A DNA stretch of 64,000 nucleotides from Deltaproteobacteria bacterium (GCA_023250585.1 JAHFAK010000001.1:232-64231); one strand, 5' to 3'; positions 47,164-57,991 are shown, counted from the stretch's first letter. A program made the numbers and translations. Notes: generated from the letters alone by a model not told the origin.

Positions 47164-48516
47164 TTAATGAGATACAGGCGATTTTCTGAAATGAAATACT
47201 TTGAAATAGTGAATTAGTTTATTCCATCCAAAAGTCCATAAAAACTTAAAGTCCTCCCTTTTTGGGATAAGAAATTCCTTGTATAATCCTGAACTAATTT
47301 TTTTATAAATTATAACAGTGATAACAGATGTTACAAGAAATGAAATTGATACTGCTAGTGCTCCTCCAATAATTCTGAAAGGAGGAATTAACATGAAGCA
47401 GAGTACTATTTGTAAAATGAGAGGAACTATTTGTATGTACATTGGAATCTCTGGTCTACCAATACCAAGAAAATATTGCCGTAAAAGACTTGAAGGACCA
47501 AAAAGAATAAGACCCGGCAAAATTATAAAAAAGGCATCAACACTTGGAAGGAAAGCACGTCCATATAAAATCAAAGTAGCGGGATATATTATCAACGCTA
47601 AAAAGATTCCAGCAATAATAAATGTAATAAAAGATAGTCTAAATACACGTTCCGTTATTTTCCGTGAATCGCAATTCATACCATTTAAGTTTGATACGTG
47701 AGGAAAAAGAATGGTACCAATTGCATTGCTAATGCGATTGAGATATTCCGCTTTTCCTTTTGCCATTGCAAAAAATCCTAATGCCGCAGGAACGAGTAAA
47801 ATAGCCGTCACCATGTTCGAAAAATAAATAGTCAAAAAACCAATCGCTTCAGAAAGGTAGATTTTCATACTATATCTCAGTAATTCTGGAAGGCGAGCAC
47901 AAGACGTTTTCCAACGCCAAGGAATTTTTCTATGTACAACACTTATTCCATAAATCAACGCAATCAAATTGGATACATGAAAAGCAATGGCAACTGACCA
48001 CAGATTCATATTAAAGACTACAAGAAGAACAATATTGACAATACCCTTACAAGAATCGTGGATAAGCATTAACCGATTATACGACTTTACATCTTCCTGT
48101 GAGAGAAAAATATACATATAATTTCTCAAAAGAAAACGAAAAGGTATATAAGCAAAAACAAAACTTATGAAAAATGATGATAAGGTAGTCTTGAAAAAAA
48201 ATTCTGAAAGTATCTCTTGACCCATAGAGAGTAATAAAAAAATGCCGACCCCAAGACCAAAACCAACGTAATTAATAAGACTCAAAAGCTCTGCTGGATC
48301 TATTGTTTTTTTACCTAAAAAATGTACTGCAGCAATCTCTAAACGTGGTCCGCCAAAAACTCGACAGTAATTGATGACAAGCTCAAACATTGCCCATAAC
48401 CCAAAACCAGAAGGTCCTAGCTTACGCGCAACAATTGCTCCAGTTACAATATGGATACCTGTAAAGAGAAGTTCGCGATTAAAGAGACTAAATGATTTAT
48501 CTGCAAGTGATGACAT
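47164..48516 (-). CDS. second Wzx-like polysaccharide flippase (MOP/PST family)
   Basis: 450 aa, about 12 TM helices. N-terminal LFTGIHIVTGAIVARKLGPSGFGLWAMF resembles Polysacc_synt family openings. Confidence 0.6.
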   Translation of the reverse strand: MSSLADKSFSLFNRELLFTGIHIVTGAIVARKLGPSGFGLWAMFELVINYCRVFGGPRLEIAAVHFLGKKTIDPAELLSLINYVGFGLGVGIFLLLSMGQEILSEFFFKTTLSSFFISFVFAYIPFRFLLRNYMYIFLSQEDVKSYNRLMLIHDSCKGIVNIVLLVVFNMNLWSVAIAFHVSNLIALIYGISVVHRKIPWRWKTSCARLPELLRYSMKIYLSEAIGFLTIYFSNMVTAILLVPAALGFFAMAKGKAEYLNRISNAIGTILFPHVSNLNGMNCDSRKITERVFRLSFITFIIAGIFLALIIYPATLILYGRAFLPSVDAFFIILPGLILFGPSSLLRQYFLGIGRPEIPMYIQIVPLILQIVLCFMLIPPFRIIGGALAVSISFLVTSVITVIIYKKISSGLYKEFLIPKREDFKFLWTFGWNKLIHYFKVFHFRKSPVSH

Positions 48517-48522
48517 ATAAAA

Positions 48523-49455
48523 TTATAATAAACCTCCAAGATATTTTATTAAACGTTTCATGAGTCCCGTATAATAATCTTTTCTAAAATTCATTTCACA
48601 TTTAAAAGCCAATAGCCAATTAAAACGATATGATTCCTCATAGCTTTTGACGTGTTTTCTTGTTACAAGATCAATATATCCTGATTCTCTTTTTTTAAGA
48701 TACCTAAAATTCTTTATCGTACAATCCCAAGGAGTAGCAAAATACCAAGCATTGGGAGAATATTGAATTGCAAAATGCTTTCTATCTAATTTATGGCAGA
48801 GTTCAAAAATACGATTAGTACCGACCGCATCAGCAAGTGCCGACGGAAAAGATTGATTACCAATATACAAATTGCATCCTTTTAATATACATGCGTGTTC
48901 ATAATTATCATATGGGCGATAATATTCTACCTGTACATCATCAAATTCTTTCCATTCATCTTCAAGACGCGAAACAAACACAATATTTTTCTTTCCAAGA
49001 ACATCGATAAGTTTTTTCCAATTAAAAAGTGGGTTTGGAATTCTTACTGTTTTCGAAGTTCTGCGATGAATGACTATCTTATCAGAAAATCTATGATCAG
49101 CAGGAACATCGATCCATCCATAAACAGGCTCATTCAATGTGAGCCTATGAGATCTACTCATTACATCGAGAAGTGTCGTACGATATAACGATTTACTTTT
49201 TCGAAATTGATCAAGATTAACATCAATAGGTTCCCCTTTATGAATATTGAAAGAACTAATATAATTTTGAGAACTCACAAGTTTTCCACATGACTCAAGA
49301 ACGCTTTCAAGAGGTTCTTCAAATTCGCCCTTAGTCACAAATACGTTACCCCCTCCCATTGCTTTCACGATATAGAGGGTCATAATGAGATCTCCCTTTT
49401 TACCGGAAGTGATAAAATTATATTTAGTAGGAAACATATTCTTTTTCTTCAACAA
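48523..49455 (-). CDS. GT9-like glycosyltransferase (heptosyltransferase family fold), putative
   Basis: N-terminal FITSGKKGDLIMTLYIVKAMGG (GT9 I-R-SLGD-I-PLL-AL-like). C-terminal NLYIGNQSFPSALADAVGTNRIFEL resembles the GT9 GNDSGPMHLAAALG-P-V-L motif. Confidence 0.45.
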   Translation of the reverse strand: MLKKKNMFPTKYNFITSGKKGDLIMTLYIVKAMGGGNVFVTKGEFEEPLESVLESCGKLVSSQNYISSFNIHKGEPIDVNLDQFRKSKSLYRTTLLDVMSRSHRLTLNEPVYGWIDVPADHRFSDKIVIHRRTSKTVRIPNPLFNWKKLIDVLGKKNIVFVSRLEDEWKEFDDVQVEYYRPYDNYEHACILKGCNLYIGNQSFPSALADAVGTNRIFELCHKLDRKHFAIQYSPNAWYFATPWDCTIKNFRYLKKRESGYIDLVTRKHVKSYEESYRFNWLLAFKCEMNFRKDYYTGLMKRLIKYLGGLL

Positions 49456-49831
49456 GCTCTGAACCTACCTGATCGTTAATTTTTCTTTTAATGCGAGCTC
49501 GTTCATCATTTGAGCGATATTCATCACGAGTTAGCTCAATAAATTCTTTGCCAAATTTTTTTTCAGCTTCTGCGCGACGCATAAAGTCTTCAATATCCCA
49601 CAATCGTTCATTTATTTTTTTTAATGCTATTTGTTCATTTGGATAAGAGATCTTATGCTCCTTTACAAGACTCATTAATATTTCATATTCATGGCGAACA
49701 TTATCTTTTTTATTTTTATCTTTCATTCTTTCGAGTTTGATTTCTAAAATTGTAATTTTGTCAATTAATTCACCAACGGAAACAGGAACCTTGATCATAG
49801 CTACTCCTTTTTTGATTGATAATCTTCCCAA
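49424..49831 (-). CDS. hypothetical charged/coiled-coil small protein
   Basis: 135-aa ORF, Lys/Glu-rich, no motif recognised. Position-based call only. Confidence 0.3.
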   Translation of the reverse strand: MGRLSIKKGVAMIKVPVSVGELIDKITILEIKLERMKDKNKKDNVRHEYEILMSLVKEHKISYPNEQIALKKINERLWDIEDFMRRAEAEKKFGKEFIELTRDEYRSNDERARIKRKINDQVGSELVEEKEYVSY

Positions 49832-50772
49832 TACCAGGAAACTGTTTTTTTTAAACCATCTATGAGAGAAGTTTTTGGTTTAAAACCAAGTTGTTGCAAT
49901 TTAAGCGTGTCAGGACATCGACGAGGTGTCGAACCTAAAAGCCGTTCCGAAGTAAGAACTTTTATAGTATACCCACAAACATCTGAAAGTTTTGCAATTA
50001 GATCTTTAATAGTAATTTCTTCCATAGTACCTATATGGTATATATCATTTTTGTTGGTACCAAGAGTACTCATAATAATAGCTTGTGCGGCATCTTCTAC
50101 GAAAATAAATGATCTCGTTTCCTCTCCGTTGCCTTGAATCGTGATTGTTATTTCTTCTGTAGTCATATTGCTGTGATGTGCTTCAACAATTTTTTTTACG
50201 AGCTCCGGAATTACATGCTCATATCCCATACACGGACCATAGACATTATGAGGACGAAAGATAACCCAGCGAGTATCTGAATTACGAAGATAGTTAATCG
50301 TCAAAAGCTCACTTGCAATTTTACCTCCACCATATGAAAAACGCGGATTTGTTACATCAGGAATTTTCATTTCAACTTCTTCAGTAGTCGGAATATGATC
50401 AGCTTTTTGATACACTTCAGAAGAAGATGCCAAAAAGAAATGAGGAACTTTATTCTTAAGACATGCTTTGAGAATATTATGGGTACCTATAATACCAATT
50501 TCTAAAATTTTGTCGGGAATAGTATAAAAATACTTTGTACCATTAATATATGCAAGATGATAAATCGCTTCAACACCGCAGGTAATCTCACAAAGACCTT
50601 CAAAATCAAGTACATCACCTGTCACTAACTTAATACGCTCATGACCATGAAGCATATCAAGATTACCGCGAGTATTGTTATCAAATGCTAAGACTTCATG
50701 TCCTTGTTCTGCTAAACTATACGTTAAGACACGGCCGATGAAGCCTCCTGCTCCTGTAACAAGTAGCTTCAC
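49801..50772 (-). CDS. NAD-dependent nucleotide-sugar epimerase/dehydratase (extended SDR)
   Basis: MKLLVTGAGGFIGRVL, YGGGKIASE (YxxxK). 323 aa. Confidence 0.85.
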   Translation of the reverse strand: MKLLVTGAGGFIGRVLTYSLAEQGHEVLAFDNNTRGNLDMLHGHERIKLVTGDVLDFEGLCEITCGVEAIYHLAYINGTKYFYTIPDKILEIGIIGTHNILKACLKNKVPHFFLASSSEVYQKADHIPTTEEVEMKIPDVTNPRFSYGGGKIASELLTINYLRNSDTRWVIFRPHNVYGPCMGYEHVIPELVKKIVEAHHSNMTTEEITITIQGNGEETRSFIFVEDAAQAIIMSTLGTNKNDIYHIGTMEEITIKDLIAKLSDVCGYTIKVLTSERLLGSTPRRCPDTLKLQQLGFKPKTSLIDGLKKTVSWYWEDYQSKKE

Positions 50773-52001
50773 ACACGTTCCTTTCTTAATACGACCTGGT
50801 TTTTACCAAGGCAATTCCAAATATCAATGACAAGGGCTTCTGGTTTAAGAGCTTTCCAAATGATATTACTGTTACTAAATTCCTTATGATTAACTGCTAC
50901 AAAAACAATATCCGTTCCTTGCAACGCTTCTGAAATATTTCGGTTAGCATATCGTTCGATCACCTGTGTTTTGAGATTTGGTTCACAAAGAACAATTTCA
51001 TGAGGAACTTTTCTCTCAATATAGCGAATAAGCTTTGGAACAAGACTATCACGTGTATCGTCTGAATCTCTCTTGAAGGTATACCCAAGAACTGCAACCT
51101 TTGCTCCTTTAATCTCAGCATGGCGAGCGGCAAGTTCTATAAGATGATAAGGCATAAATTCATTAATTTTCCATGAAGCAAGTAAAAGATCCGAACCCGG
51201 AGAAAGTTCGTTAATCATACCAAAGTCTTTACGAAGACATGTCCCCGCGGTAAGCCCTGGCCGATAAATAAAACCACGAGGATAATCTTCATTTGCAAGT
51301 CTTAAAATATCATAAATGTTTTGATCGAACTCATTTGCATAAATCGCAAATTGGTTTGCAACTGCAAATTCAATATACCTCGCAGAATTGTTGAAGAGCT
51401 TAACTAATTCAGCAGAAATATAGGTGGTTTTAAACATTTTAACATTAAAGGGAGCGAATATCTCTATTGCTTTTTCATAGCTTAATTCATCTTCACAGCC
51501 AATTATTTGAGGAAGCGTTTTCAATTCTGCCAAAGCTTTGTGCTCTGCCAAACGCTCTGGACAAAATGCAAGCGCTATATTTTTTCCTATACGAAATGAT
51601 GAATGTTCTTCCAAAAAACTTTTCACATATTCAGTTGTACGTGGAGCTACAGTAGAACGTAAAAAAATTGATTGTCCTTTCTGCATGTGAGGAATTAAAG
51701 ATTTTATGACTGCTTCAACGTTTGAAAGATCAGTTTCAATATGAGGCATTAAAGGAGTTCCCACTGTAATAAAGATATAATCGACATTTTTTATTATACT
51801 AATATCATCGGTAAATTGAATCCGTGAATGGGTTAAAAGATCTTGGCAGCCTGGTTCTTCAAAGGGCATAATACGATCTCTTAAAATTTTCAAAAGGGCT
51901 ATGTCTTTATCAATTCCCGTTACAGAAAATCCCAAGGACTCAAGAAAAAGCCCAAAAGGAAGACCCACCCTCCCCGTTCCAATGATTGCTATTTTTTTCA
52001 T
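50769..52001 (-). CDS. UDP-glucose / UDP-N-acetyl-hexosamine 6-dehydrogenase family enzyme
   Basis: MKKIAIIGTGRVGLPFGL Rossmann. Catalytic-Cys block GFIYRPGLTAGTCLRKD. 410 aa. Confidence 0.85.
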   Translation of the reverse strand: MKKIAIIGTGRVGLPFGLFLESLGFSVTGIDKDIALLKILRDRIMPFEEPGCQDLLTHSRIQFTDDISIIKNVDYIFITVGTPLMPHIETDLSNVEAVIKSLIPHMQKGQSIFLRSTVAPRTTEYVKSFLEEHSSFRIGKNIALAFCPERLAEHKALAELKTLPQIIGCEDELSYEKAIEIFAPFNVKMFKTTYISAELVKLFNNSARYIEFAVANQFAIYANEFDQNIYDILRLANEDYPRGFIYRPGLTAGTCLRKDFGMINELSPGSDLLLASWKINEFMPYHLIELAARHAEIKGAKVAVLGYTFKRDSDDTRDSLVPKLIRYIERKVPHEIVLCEPNLKTQVIERYANRNISEALQGTDIVFVAVNHKEFSNSNIIWKALKPEALVIDIWNCLGKNQVVLRKERV

Positions 52002-52010
52002 TTATTCTCC

Positions 52011-52997
52011 TTAATCTAAGGTATGTAAAGCAACTGACTGAACCATTAAAGTTACAAGTTCATCGAATTTTATTGTATGCTTCCATCCAAGCTTTCTATA
52101 TGCTTTATCTGCATTACCAATGAGTTGTGCTTGCCCAACAGAGGTGTAACTGGGTTCAAGCCGAATATAATTTTTCCAGCCTGTAATATTGACTGCTTGA
52201 AAAGCAAGTCGAAGAAAGTCTTCTACCGTGTGTGTAACTCCTGTTGAAAGAATATAATCATCTGGACTATCTGCTTGTGCCATAAGCCACATACCATAGG
52301 CATAATCTTTGGCATATCCCCAATCTTTTTGAGAATCCATATTGCCTAAAACGATTTCCTTTTTTTGTTTTTCTTTTATAAGCACTACTTGTTCTGCTAT
52401 TTTTTGCGTAACAAATGAAGACCCTCTCCGTGGAGATTCATGATTGTAAAGAATTACTGTTGAAAAATGCATATTTTCTGTGTCTCTATAAAAACGTGCA
52501 AGTTCTGCAGCAGCAATCTTTGATAAACCATACAAAGAATTACTTTGATATGGTGTGAGTTCGGTTTGTGGCGACTGAGACGTTCCATCAAACATAAGAC
52601 ATGACCCTGCCAAAACAAGACGAGTTTTTGGAGAGACTTCATTAATTCCATGAATCAAATGAGAAGCAGAACGAATATTATTCTCATATAAGGTACATGC
52701 GATTTTTTTCCGTTCTCCTTGTGATGTTGACGATGAATAATGAGTAGCGGCCAGATGGTAACATTCATCGGGTTTTAATTCAGCAAGTAATTTTACAACA
52801 TCTCTATATTCATTGAGATCAATCTCATGAGTATGAATCTTAATTTCTTTACCAAAAAGATATTGGGCAATCCGTTTGGTATTTTGCGATAAAGGCTTAC
52901 GAATAATGCCATGTACTTCATAGCCTTTGTTGTAAAGAATCTCTGTAAGATAACTTCCATCTTGACCAAAAATACCAGTTACTACTGCTTTTTTCAT
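52011..52997 (-). CDS. GDP-mannose 4,6-dehydratase-like NDP-hexose 4,6-dehydratase
   Basis: KKAVVTGIFGQDGSYLTEILYNKGYEVHGIIR closely matches the Gmd hallmark ITGxxGQDGSYLxExLLxKGYEVHG. Confidence 0.75.
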   Translation of the reverse strand: MKKAVVTGIFGQDGSYLTEILYNKGYEVHGIIRKPLSQNTKRIAQYLFGKEIKIHTHEIDLNEYRDVVKLLAELKPDECYHLAATHYSSSTSQGERKKIACTLYENNIRSASHLIHGINEVSPKTRLVLAGSCLMFDGTSQSPQTELTPYQSNSLYGLSKIAAAELARFYRDTENMHFSTVILYNHESPRRGSSFVTQKIAEQVVLIKEKQKKEIVLGNMDSQKDWGYAKDYAYGMWLMAQADSPDDYILSTGVTHTVEDFLRLAFQAVNITGWKNYIRLEPSYTSVGQAQLIGNADKAYRKLGWKHTIKFDELVTLMVQSVALHTLD

Positions 52998-52998
52998 T

Positions 52999-54279
52999 TT
53001 ATTTCTTTAGTATTGAACTATCGAGACAATGAACTTGAGGCATTGGAACAATAAACTTTCCACCTTCTTTAAGGAATTGAAATTCTCTCTTAATCATTTC
53101 ATCCATAAAGAAGTATGGCAGAACGAGAAAATAATCAGGTTTCTTCATACGAGCTTCTTCTTCTGAAATAATAGGAATGTTCGAACCAACCGTCCAGCAG
53201 CCAGCTTTATGAGAGTTACGATCAGCAGCGTATGGAATATCATGAACGGTTAAACTACAATACTGAAGTATAACATTTCCTTTACTTGAAGCACCATATA
53301 CAAAAGTTTTTTTACCTTTTTTATTTTCAGTTCTAATAAACGTTGTCAGTTTATCGCGAATTCGTTCCGAATTTTCACGGAATTTTTTATAGGGTTCTTC
53401 TTCGTCTAATTTTAGTTTTTTTTCTTCATTAAAAAAAGTATTGAGACGAACGTTTGCTTCCGCTGAAGGTTCAGAGCCCTCTTTTTTACGAAGATAAAAT
53501 CGGTAGCTACTACCATTTACTGTATTTTTTTCCATATCTACAATTTTTAATCCATGACGTTCAACAAGATAACGAAAAGGTCGGATATGATAGTATTCCA
53601 AATGTTCATGAAAAATTTGATCGAACATATTTTGTTCTAGCATCTCAGGAAGGTCAGCCATTTGAACCACCCACACTCCATCGGTATGCAAAATTGAAGC
53701 AATATCAGAAACAAAAGTATTCGGATCATCTAAATCATAAAACATTGCGATACTTGTAATAACTTTTGCTTTTTTTGTAGGACACGCCTTTTCAAATGAT
53801 CTTCTATTAAAAAAATCCACAACTCGTCTGAAATTTTCTTTCTCACCTCGTATATTTTCAACAGGATCAAATCCTATTCGATCGATAAAATTCTGTGTAT
53901 AACTATTTAAAAGTGTCCCATCGTTACAGCCAATATCAACTACCGTATCACCAGGAATAAGGTCCACAAAATGCCCCGCGCCCTCAATAACATCTTTGAG
54001 AGCATCACGCATCGTCTGATTTATACCCGAACGATACCAATATTCTCGGTAGATAAGATCTCCTGGAAACGTATGACGAAGCTGAACAAGCCCACACGCA
54101 TTCTTATTTTTTGCAGGATTACAGCGAACAACTTCAATTGGCACTGCTTGAGAAGGATAACGATCCTGATTCTCATGACTAACGGTGACTGAGGCTAACA
54201 GCTGACTTCCCAAGTTGATTACTGGAGTTAACTCTTTTGATCCGCAAATCCGACACGAATCAATTGCTTTAATATTCAT
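52999..54279 (-). CDS. NDP-hexose C-methyltransferase (TylCIII-like: Zn-ribbon + class I MT + C-terminal C-methyltransferase domain)
   Basis: N-terminal CRICGSKEL...zinc knuckle, MT motif VVDIGCNDGTLL, about 426 aa, as in sugar C3-methyltransferases. Confidence 0.65.
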   Translation of the reverse strand: MNIKAIDSCRICGSKELTPVINLGSQLLASVTVSHENQDRYPSQAVPIEVVRCNPAKNKNACGLVQLRHTFPGDLIYREYWYRSGINQTMRDALKDVIEGAGHFVDLIPGDTVVDIGCNDGTLLNSYTQNFIDRIGFDPVENIRGEKENFRRVVDFFNRRSFEKACPTKKAKVITSIAMFYDLDDPNTFVSDIASILHTDGVWVVQMADLPEMLEQNMFDQIFHEHLEYYHIRPFRYLVERHGLKIVDMEKNTVNGSSYRFYLRKKEGSEPSAEANVRLNTFFNEEKKLKLDEEEPYKKFRENSERIRDKLTTFIRTENKKGKKTFVYGASSKGNVILQYCSLTVHDIPYAADRNSHKAGCWTVGSNIPIISEEEARMKKPDYFLVLPYFFMDEMIKREFQFLKEGGKFIVPMPQVHCLDSSILKK

Positions 54280-55807
54280 AAACCTCCTTAATAAGTTTTG
54301 CTAATCGCACTGATGAACTCACATTTTGTACAAGCCCCGCATGACGGCAATAGAGAACTTGCTTATTTTTCAATTCAGTACGTATATTTTGATCTTCGAG
54401 CAATAAACGAATAGTAGGAATAAGTTTTTCTTTCTTTCTTACTGCCATCGCAGCCTCAAGAGTTGCATAATCCACAAGATCCTCTCTGTTTGTCAAATTA
54501 ATAAAGATTAGAGGTTTCTCAAGTAAAATTGTTTCTAAGCCTGCAGTAGAATGTAACGTAATAACAACATCGGCTGCATTTAAAATTTCTCTTAAAGTTT
54601 TCTTTTGATCAATTAATATTTGTTTATTCTGATTAAGAAAGGATTGATGGACAGAATGATCTTCTTCCGGATGAAATCGTACAAACAATTTTATATCCTG
54701 TATCTTTTTTGGCACTTCATATACCGCTTGAAGGACATTCAGATATTCTGTATGAGTAATATATGATTCTAAAGAACCAATGCCTTCTGGGGCCAAAGGA
54801 ATTGACAAAAAAACGACTAATGGAGTTTGATCAGAAAGACCTAGTTCTTGTCGTATTTTTTTGCGTCCTTCTTCATCATCTTGTTTATATTGATCAAAAC
54901 GTGGATTCCCCGTAACAAAAATTTTATCTTTGGAAATTCCATGCTTTTCGATGATTTCTGCTGACTGCGTGTCAAATGCTGCCACATAATCATGAGCTAG
55001 AAACCTCCATTCACTGTCAGCAGCACAAACACTTCCATACTGAAGACACAGAGAAGGAATTCCAAAAGAACGCCCAATGAGCGCAAAACTTTTTGCCTCA
55101 AAATCTGCGGGATCTGTTGTCACAATTATTGAAGGCTTTGTTTGGCTCAACATGATATCGGCAAGGAGAAGAGATCGTACACAATGGACTGCTTTTTTTC
55201 TAAACCATGCTTCAAAACCTGACCAAATACGTCCATTGAGTTGCAGACGCGCTTTTCGTTTCCAATAACTCATTAACTGCCGTGTTTCTTTTATTAGTCG
55301 TTTTATGTAGGTAACATCTCGAAGCGTAGTCCAATCACTATAATAAGCATTCTGATGAAGAACTTGAGCGTCTTTGGGTAAGGCTGCTTTACTTACGATA
55401 CCGATTTTTAATTTTTCAGATTTCAACAATTCACGGATTACGGGAGCTATACTTTCATGCTGCCGGCTAACGTTACAAACAAAAAGGATGTTAGTCTGTA
55501 ACGATGAATGCTTATGTTCTATACTTTTAGCTGCTAATGCTACTTCACGAATAAACCACATGAGATTGAACAAAAAATATTTTGAAGACGATTCTACATT
55601 CCTACCTAACGCTTCTTCTTTTAATACTTTTCGAAGATAATATATGACGAGAGAAGATGCCCCTGCTTCAAAGACCGTTGTTCCTTGAATATGAGGCGCA
55701 ACGGTATCATTTTTAATTGTATCAAGAAAAGTAAGCATTACATCCTCTGCTTTTCGAGAAAAATCAAACTCAGAAAGAGCATCTTTTATACTAGTCATTG
55801 TAGGCAT
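54269..55807 (-). CDS. hypothetical GT-B-like protein, possibly a CDP-alcohol glycerophosphotransferase (TagB/TagF-like) or capsule KpsC/KpsS-like transferase
   Basis: C-terminal half has KLFVRFHPEE (K-x-HP as in Glyphos_transf) and ITLHSTAGLETILLEKPLI. Weak. Confidence 0.35.
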   Translation of the reverse strand: MPTMTSIKDALSEFDFSRKAEDVMLTFLDTIKNDTVAPHIQGTTVFEAGASSLVIYYLRKVLKEEALGRNVESSSKYFLFNLMWFIREVALAAKSIEHKHSSLQTNILFVCNVSRQHESIAPVIRELLKSEKLKIGIVSKAALPKDAQVLHQNAYYSDWTTLRDVTYIKRLIKETRQLMSYWKRKARLQLNGRIWSGFEAWFRKKAVHCVRSLLLADIMLSQTKPSIIVTTDPADFEAKSFALIGRSFGIPSLCLQYGSVCAADSEWRFLAHDYVAAFDTQSAEIIEKHGISKDKIFVTGNPRFDQYKQDDEEGRKKIRQELGLSDQTPLVVFLSIPLAPEGIGSLESYITHTEYLNVLQAVYEVPKKIQDIKLFVRFHPEEDHSVHQSFLNQNKQILIDQKKTLREILNAADVVITLHSTAGLETILLEKPLIFINLTNREDLVDYATLEAAMAVRKKEKLIPTIRLLLEDQNIRTELKNKQVLYCRHAGLVQNVSSSVRLAKLIKEVYEY

Positions 55808-55812
55808 CTCAA

Positions 55813-57366
55813 TTATTGTTTAGGTAAATACAACTGAAGGCTTTTCATAAAATCACCAGTAGAAATTTCTTCTTTCAATTCATAATTGCGAGTAATTGAT
55901 TCCATCAAAGTTGGAATATAAGGAGCTATTACTTTTGACATGTTCTTTTGTGCAAAAAACCTTCCTTCTTCAAGAACAATGATGGAATATTTTTTAGCTT
56001 CAATATTATTTTTCAAAATTTTTTCGTTTGCCAAATGATGTGTTTCAACAAATGTTTCATCTAAGCTGGGTTTGAACGCATACATCTCCATATTAAGCCG
56101 TGGTTCATTAATTATTGTTTCATTTGCTAAAACTGGAGTAAATGAAAGCATAACTCCTCTTTGGTTGTGTGTATATGAATTAATTTTTGCCCCAACTTTT
56201 CTAATAATTGCAAGGTCAGATTGAAAATAATTAGTTTTTAAAAACTCTCCTGTTGAAGCAAGAGGCGCTCCTAAAAATAGTAAAAAAAACAATATAAAAA
56301 CATTTGGCGTCCGTGGTCCGGATTGATCCATTAATTTATTAATTAAAGCTAAACATAAAATCATGATAAATGGGAAAGTATAGAGTTTTGTTGGCGGATA
56401 ATCAGCTATAGTTTGATAATAAAATGAAAAACTGAGTAAAATCATTATAGAAACATAAGAAAATGCTACGGTATGCTCAGAAGATAATTTTTTTTCGTAA
56501 TTCTCTTTATTTTTTTTGTCTTTCAGCCAGGAAAAAGCGAGATATCCCATAGAAAAAAAGGCCAAAATATTATAAGGATACAAACTGTCAAACTCTTCGA
56601 ATCTTAGATTCAAGAAAGTACGTACTATCGATGAAAGGTTCTTGTTATCTATTTTTACTGAAGACTGATCAATATTAAATCGAATAGTATCGAAGAAAAT
56701 ATTTATATCTCCAAAAAAAATTGAATACTTAAAAATATAACAAAGCCCAATAAACGTTGCTGCAAAAATTGCGCCAAGAATGGCAAAATCCTTTCGAAAT
56801 TTAATACAAAGAATTATAACGAGACCGAGAATAAACATAGTCTGATAATCAACAAGATAACGATTTGAAATAAGGAAAAAATTAATCAGAAGAAACCAAA
56901 ATACTTTCCAATGTTTTTGCCAGGAGCTGAGAAGAACTAATAATGAAAGAGTTCTCAATAAAGCATTCAAAGAATATGTTGTATTTGTTAAAAAACTATA
57001 TAATCCCATCGGAATTAAAAATGAAGTATAACTGAGTATAATCGACTGAATATTGCTAAATAATTTATATACAACAAGAGCCTGAATATTGATGAGTAAA
57101 ATAAAAAATACTAATGAAATAATTCTTCCTGTTAAAAAAGAAGCCCCAAAAATTTTAAATAAAGTTCCATAGAGCTCAATATGTAATGGCAATCGATGAT
57201 AGAAAAAATCGATATAGGGATACATTCCTTTGGAAAATAGCAATGCTCCATGATAATACCAATTTTCATCGTTCCAAAATCGACAATGATAGATCCAGAA
57301 AAAACCAAACAATATAAAAAATAAATTAATCCCTAGAAAAAGAAAAACTTTTGACTGTTTTATCAT
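55813..57366 (-). CDS. large polytopic membrane protein of unknown function (possible GT-C/O-antigen polymerase-like)
   Basis: 517 aa, at least 11 TM helices, soluble C-terminal about 120-aa domain. No motif recognised. Confidence 0.4.
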   Translation of the reverse strand: MIKQSKVFLFLGINLFFILFGFFWIYHCRFWNDENWYYHGALLFSKGMYPYIDFFYHRLPLHIELYGTLFKIFGASFLTGRIISLVFFILLINIQALVVYKLFSNIQSIILSYTSFLIPMGLYSFLTNTTYSLNALLRTLSLLVLLSSWQKHWKVFWFLLINFFLISNRYLVDYQTMFILGLVIILCIKFRKDFAILGAIFAATFIGLCYIFKYSIFFGDINIFFDTIRFNIDQSSVKIDNKNLSSIVRTFLNLRFEEFDSLYPYNILAFFSMGYLAFSWLKDKKNKENYEKKLSSEHTVAFSYVSIMILLSFSFYYQTIADYPPTKLYTFPFIMILCLALINKLMDQSGPRTPNVFILFFLLFLGAPLASTGEFLKTNYFQSDLAIIRKVGAKINSYTHNQRGVMLSFTPVLANETIINEPRLNMEMYAFKPSLDETFVETHHLANEKILKNNIEAKKYSIIVLEEGRFFAQKNMSKVIAPYIPTLMESITRNYELKEEISTGDFMKSLQLYLPKQ

Positions 57367-57986
57367 AGAATAAATTGAATAGAAACGATTTGCGTTTCCA
57401 GATATTTTTCGGGCATTTCTTGAAAAATCTCAATGTTTGCAGATTCTTGTAATTCATGCTCAATCTTCTTAATTTCATCTTGTGCTAAATAAAGCAAAAG
57501 ACGCCCCGTTTTTTTAAGATATTGTGGAGATTGCTTAATAAATAAAAGAATCAATGAAAGCCTTTCTTGTCCAAAGAATAATTTTACAAATGGAATTGCC
57601 ATTCCCACGAGCAGCGGATGTCTTCTTACAAAACTACCTATATGATTTATAAAGGCATTATTCGGAATTCTTGGTGGATTGAAAACAATAAGATCATAAG
57701 TCGCTTTTACATGATCAAAGAGAGAAGAGTAATAGATATTCAAAGCTATACCATTTCTTTGAGCATTCTCTCTTGTATTTTTGAGAGCCTTTTCATTCAC
57801 ATCAACAGCATCTACATCAAAACCAAGCTTTGCAAGATAAATCGCAATATAGCCTGTGCCTGTCCCCATATCAAGAGCTTTCCCACGTGGAAACAGAGAA
57901 GCTGTTTTAGCTAACAGAAAAGTATCTTCTGCCGGTTGGCAGACTCCGGGAAATTCTATAATTTTAATTTCATCTTTGATCGACAT
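57363..57986 (-). CDS. class I SAM-dependent methyltransferase (small-domain / HemK-like, NPP motif)
   Basis: KALDMGTGTGYIAIYLAKLG (motif I) and LIVFNPPR (motif IV (D/N)PP) typical of N-methyltransferases. Confidence 0.65.
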   Translation of the reverse strand: MSIKDEIKIIEFPGVCQPAEDTFLLAKTASLFPRGKALDMGTGTGYIAIYLAKLGFDVDAVDVNEKALKNTRENAQRNGIALNIYYSSLFDHVKATYDLIVFNPPRIPNNAFINHIGSFVRRHPLLVGMAIPFVKLFFGQERLSLILLFIKQSPQYLKKTGRLLLYLAQDEIKKIEHELQESANIEIFQEMPEKYLETQIVSIQFIL

Positions 57987-57991
57987 ACATC

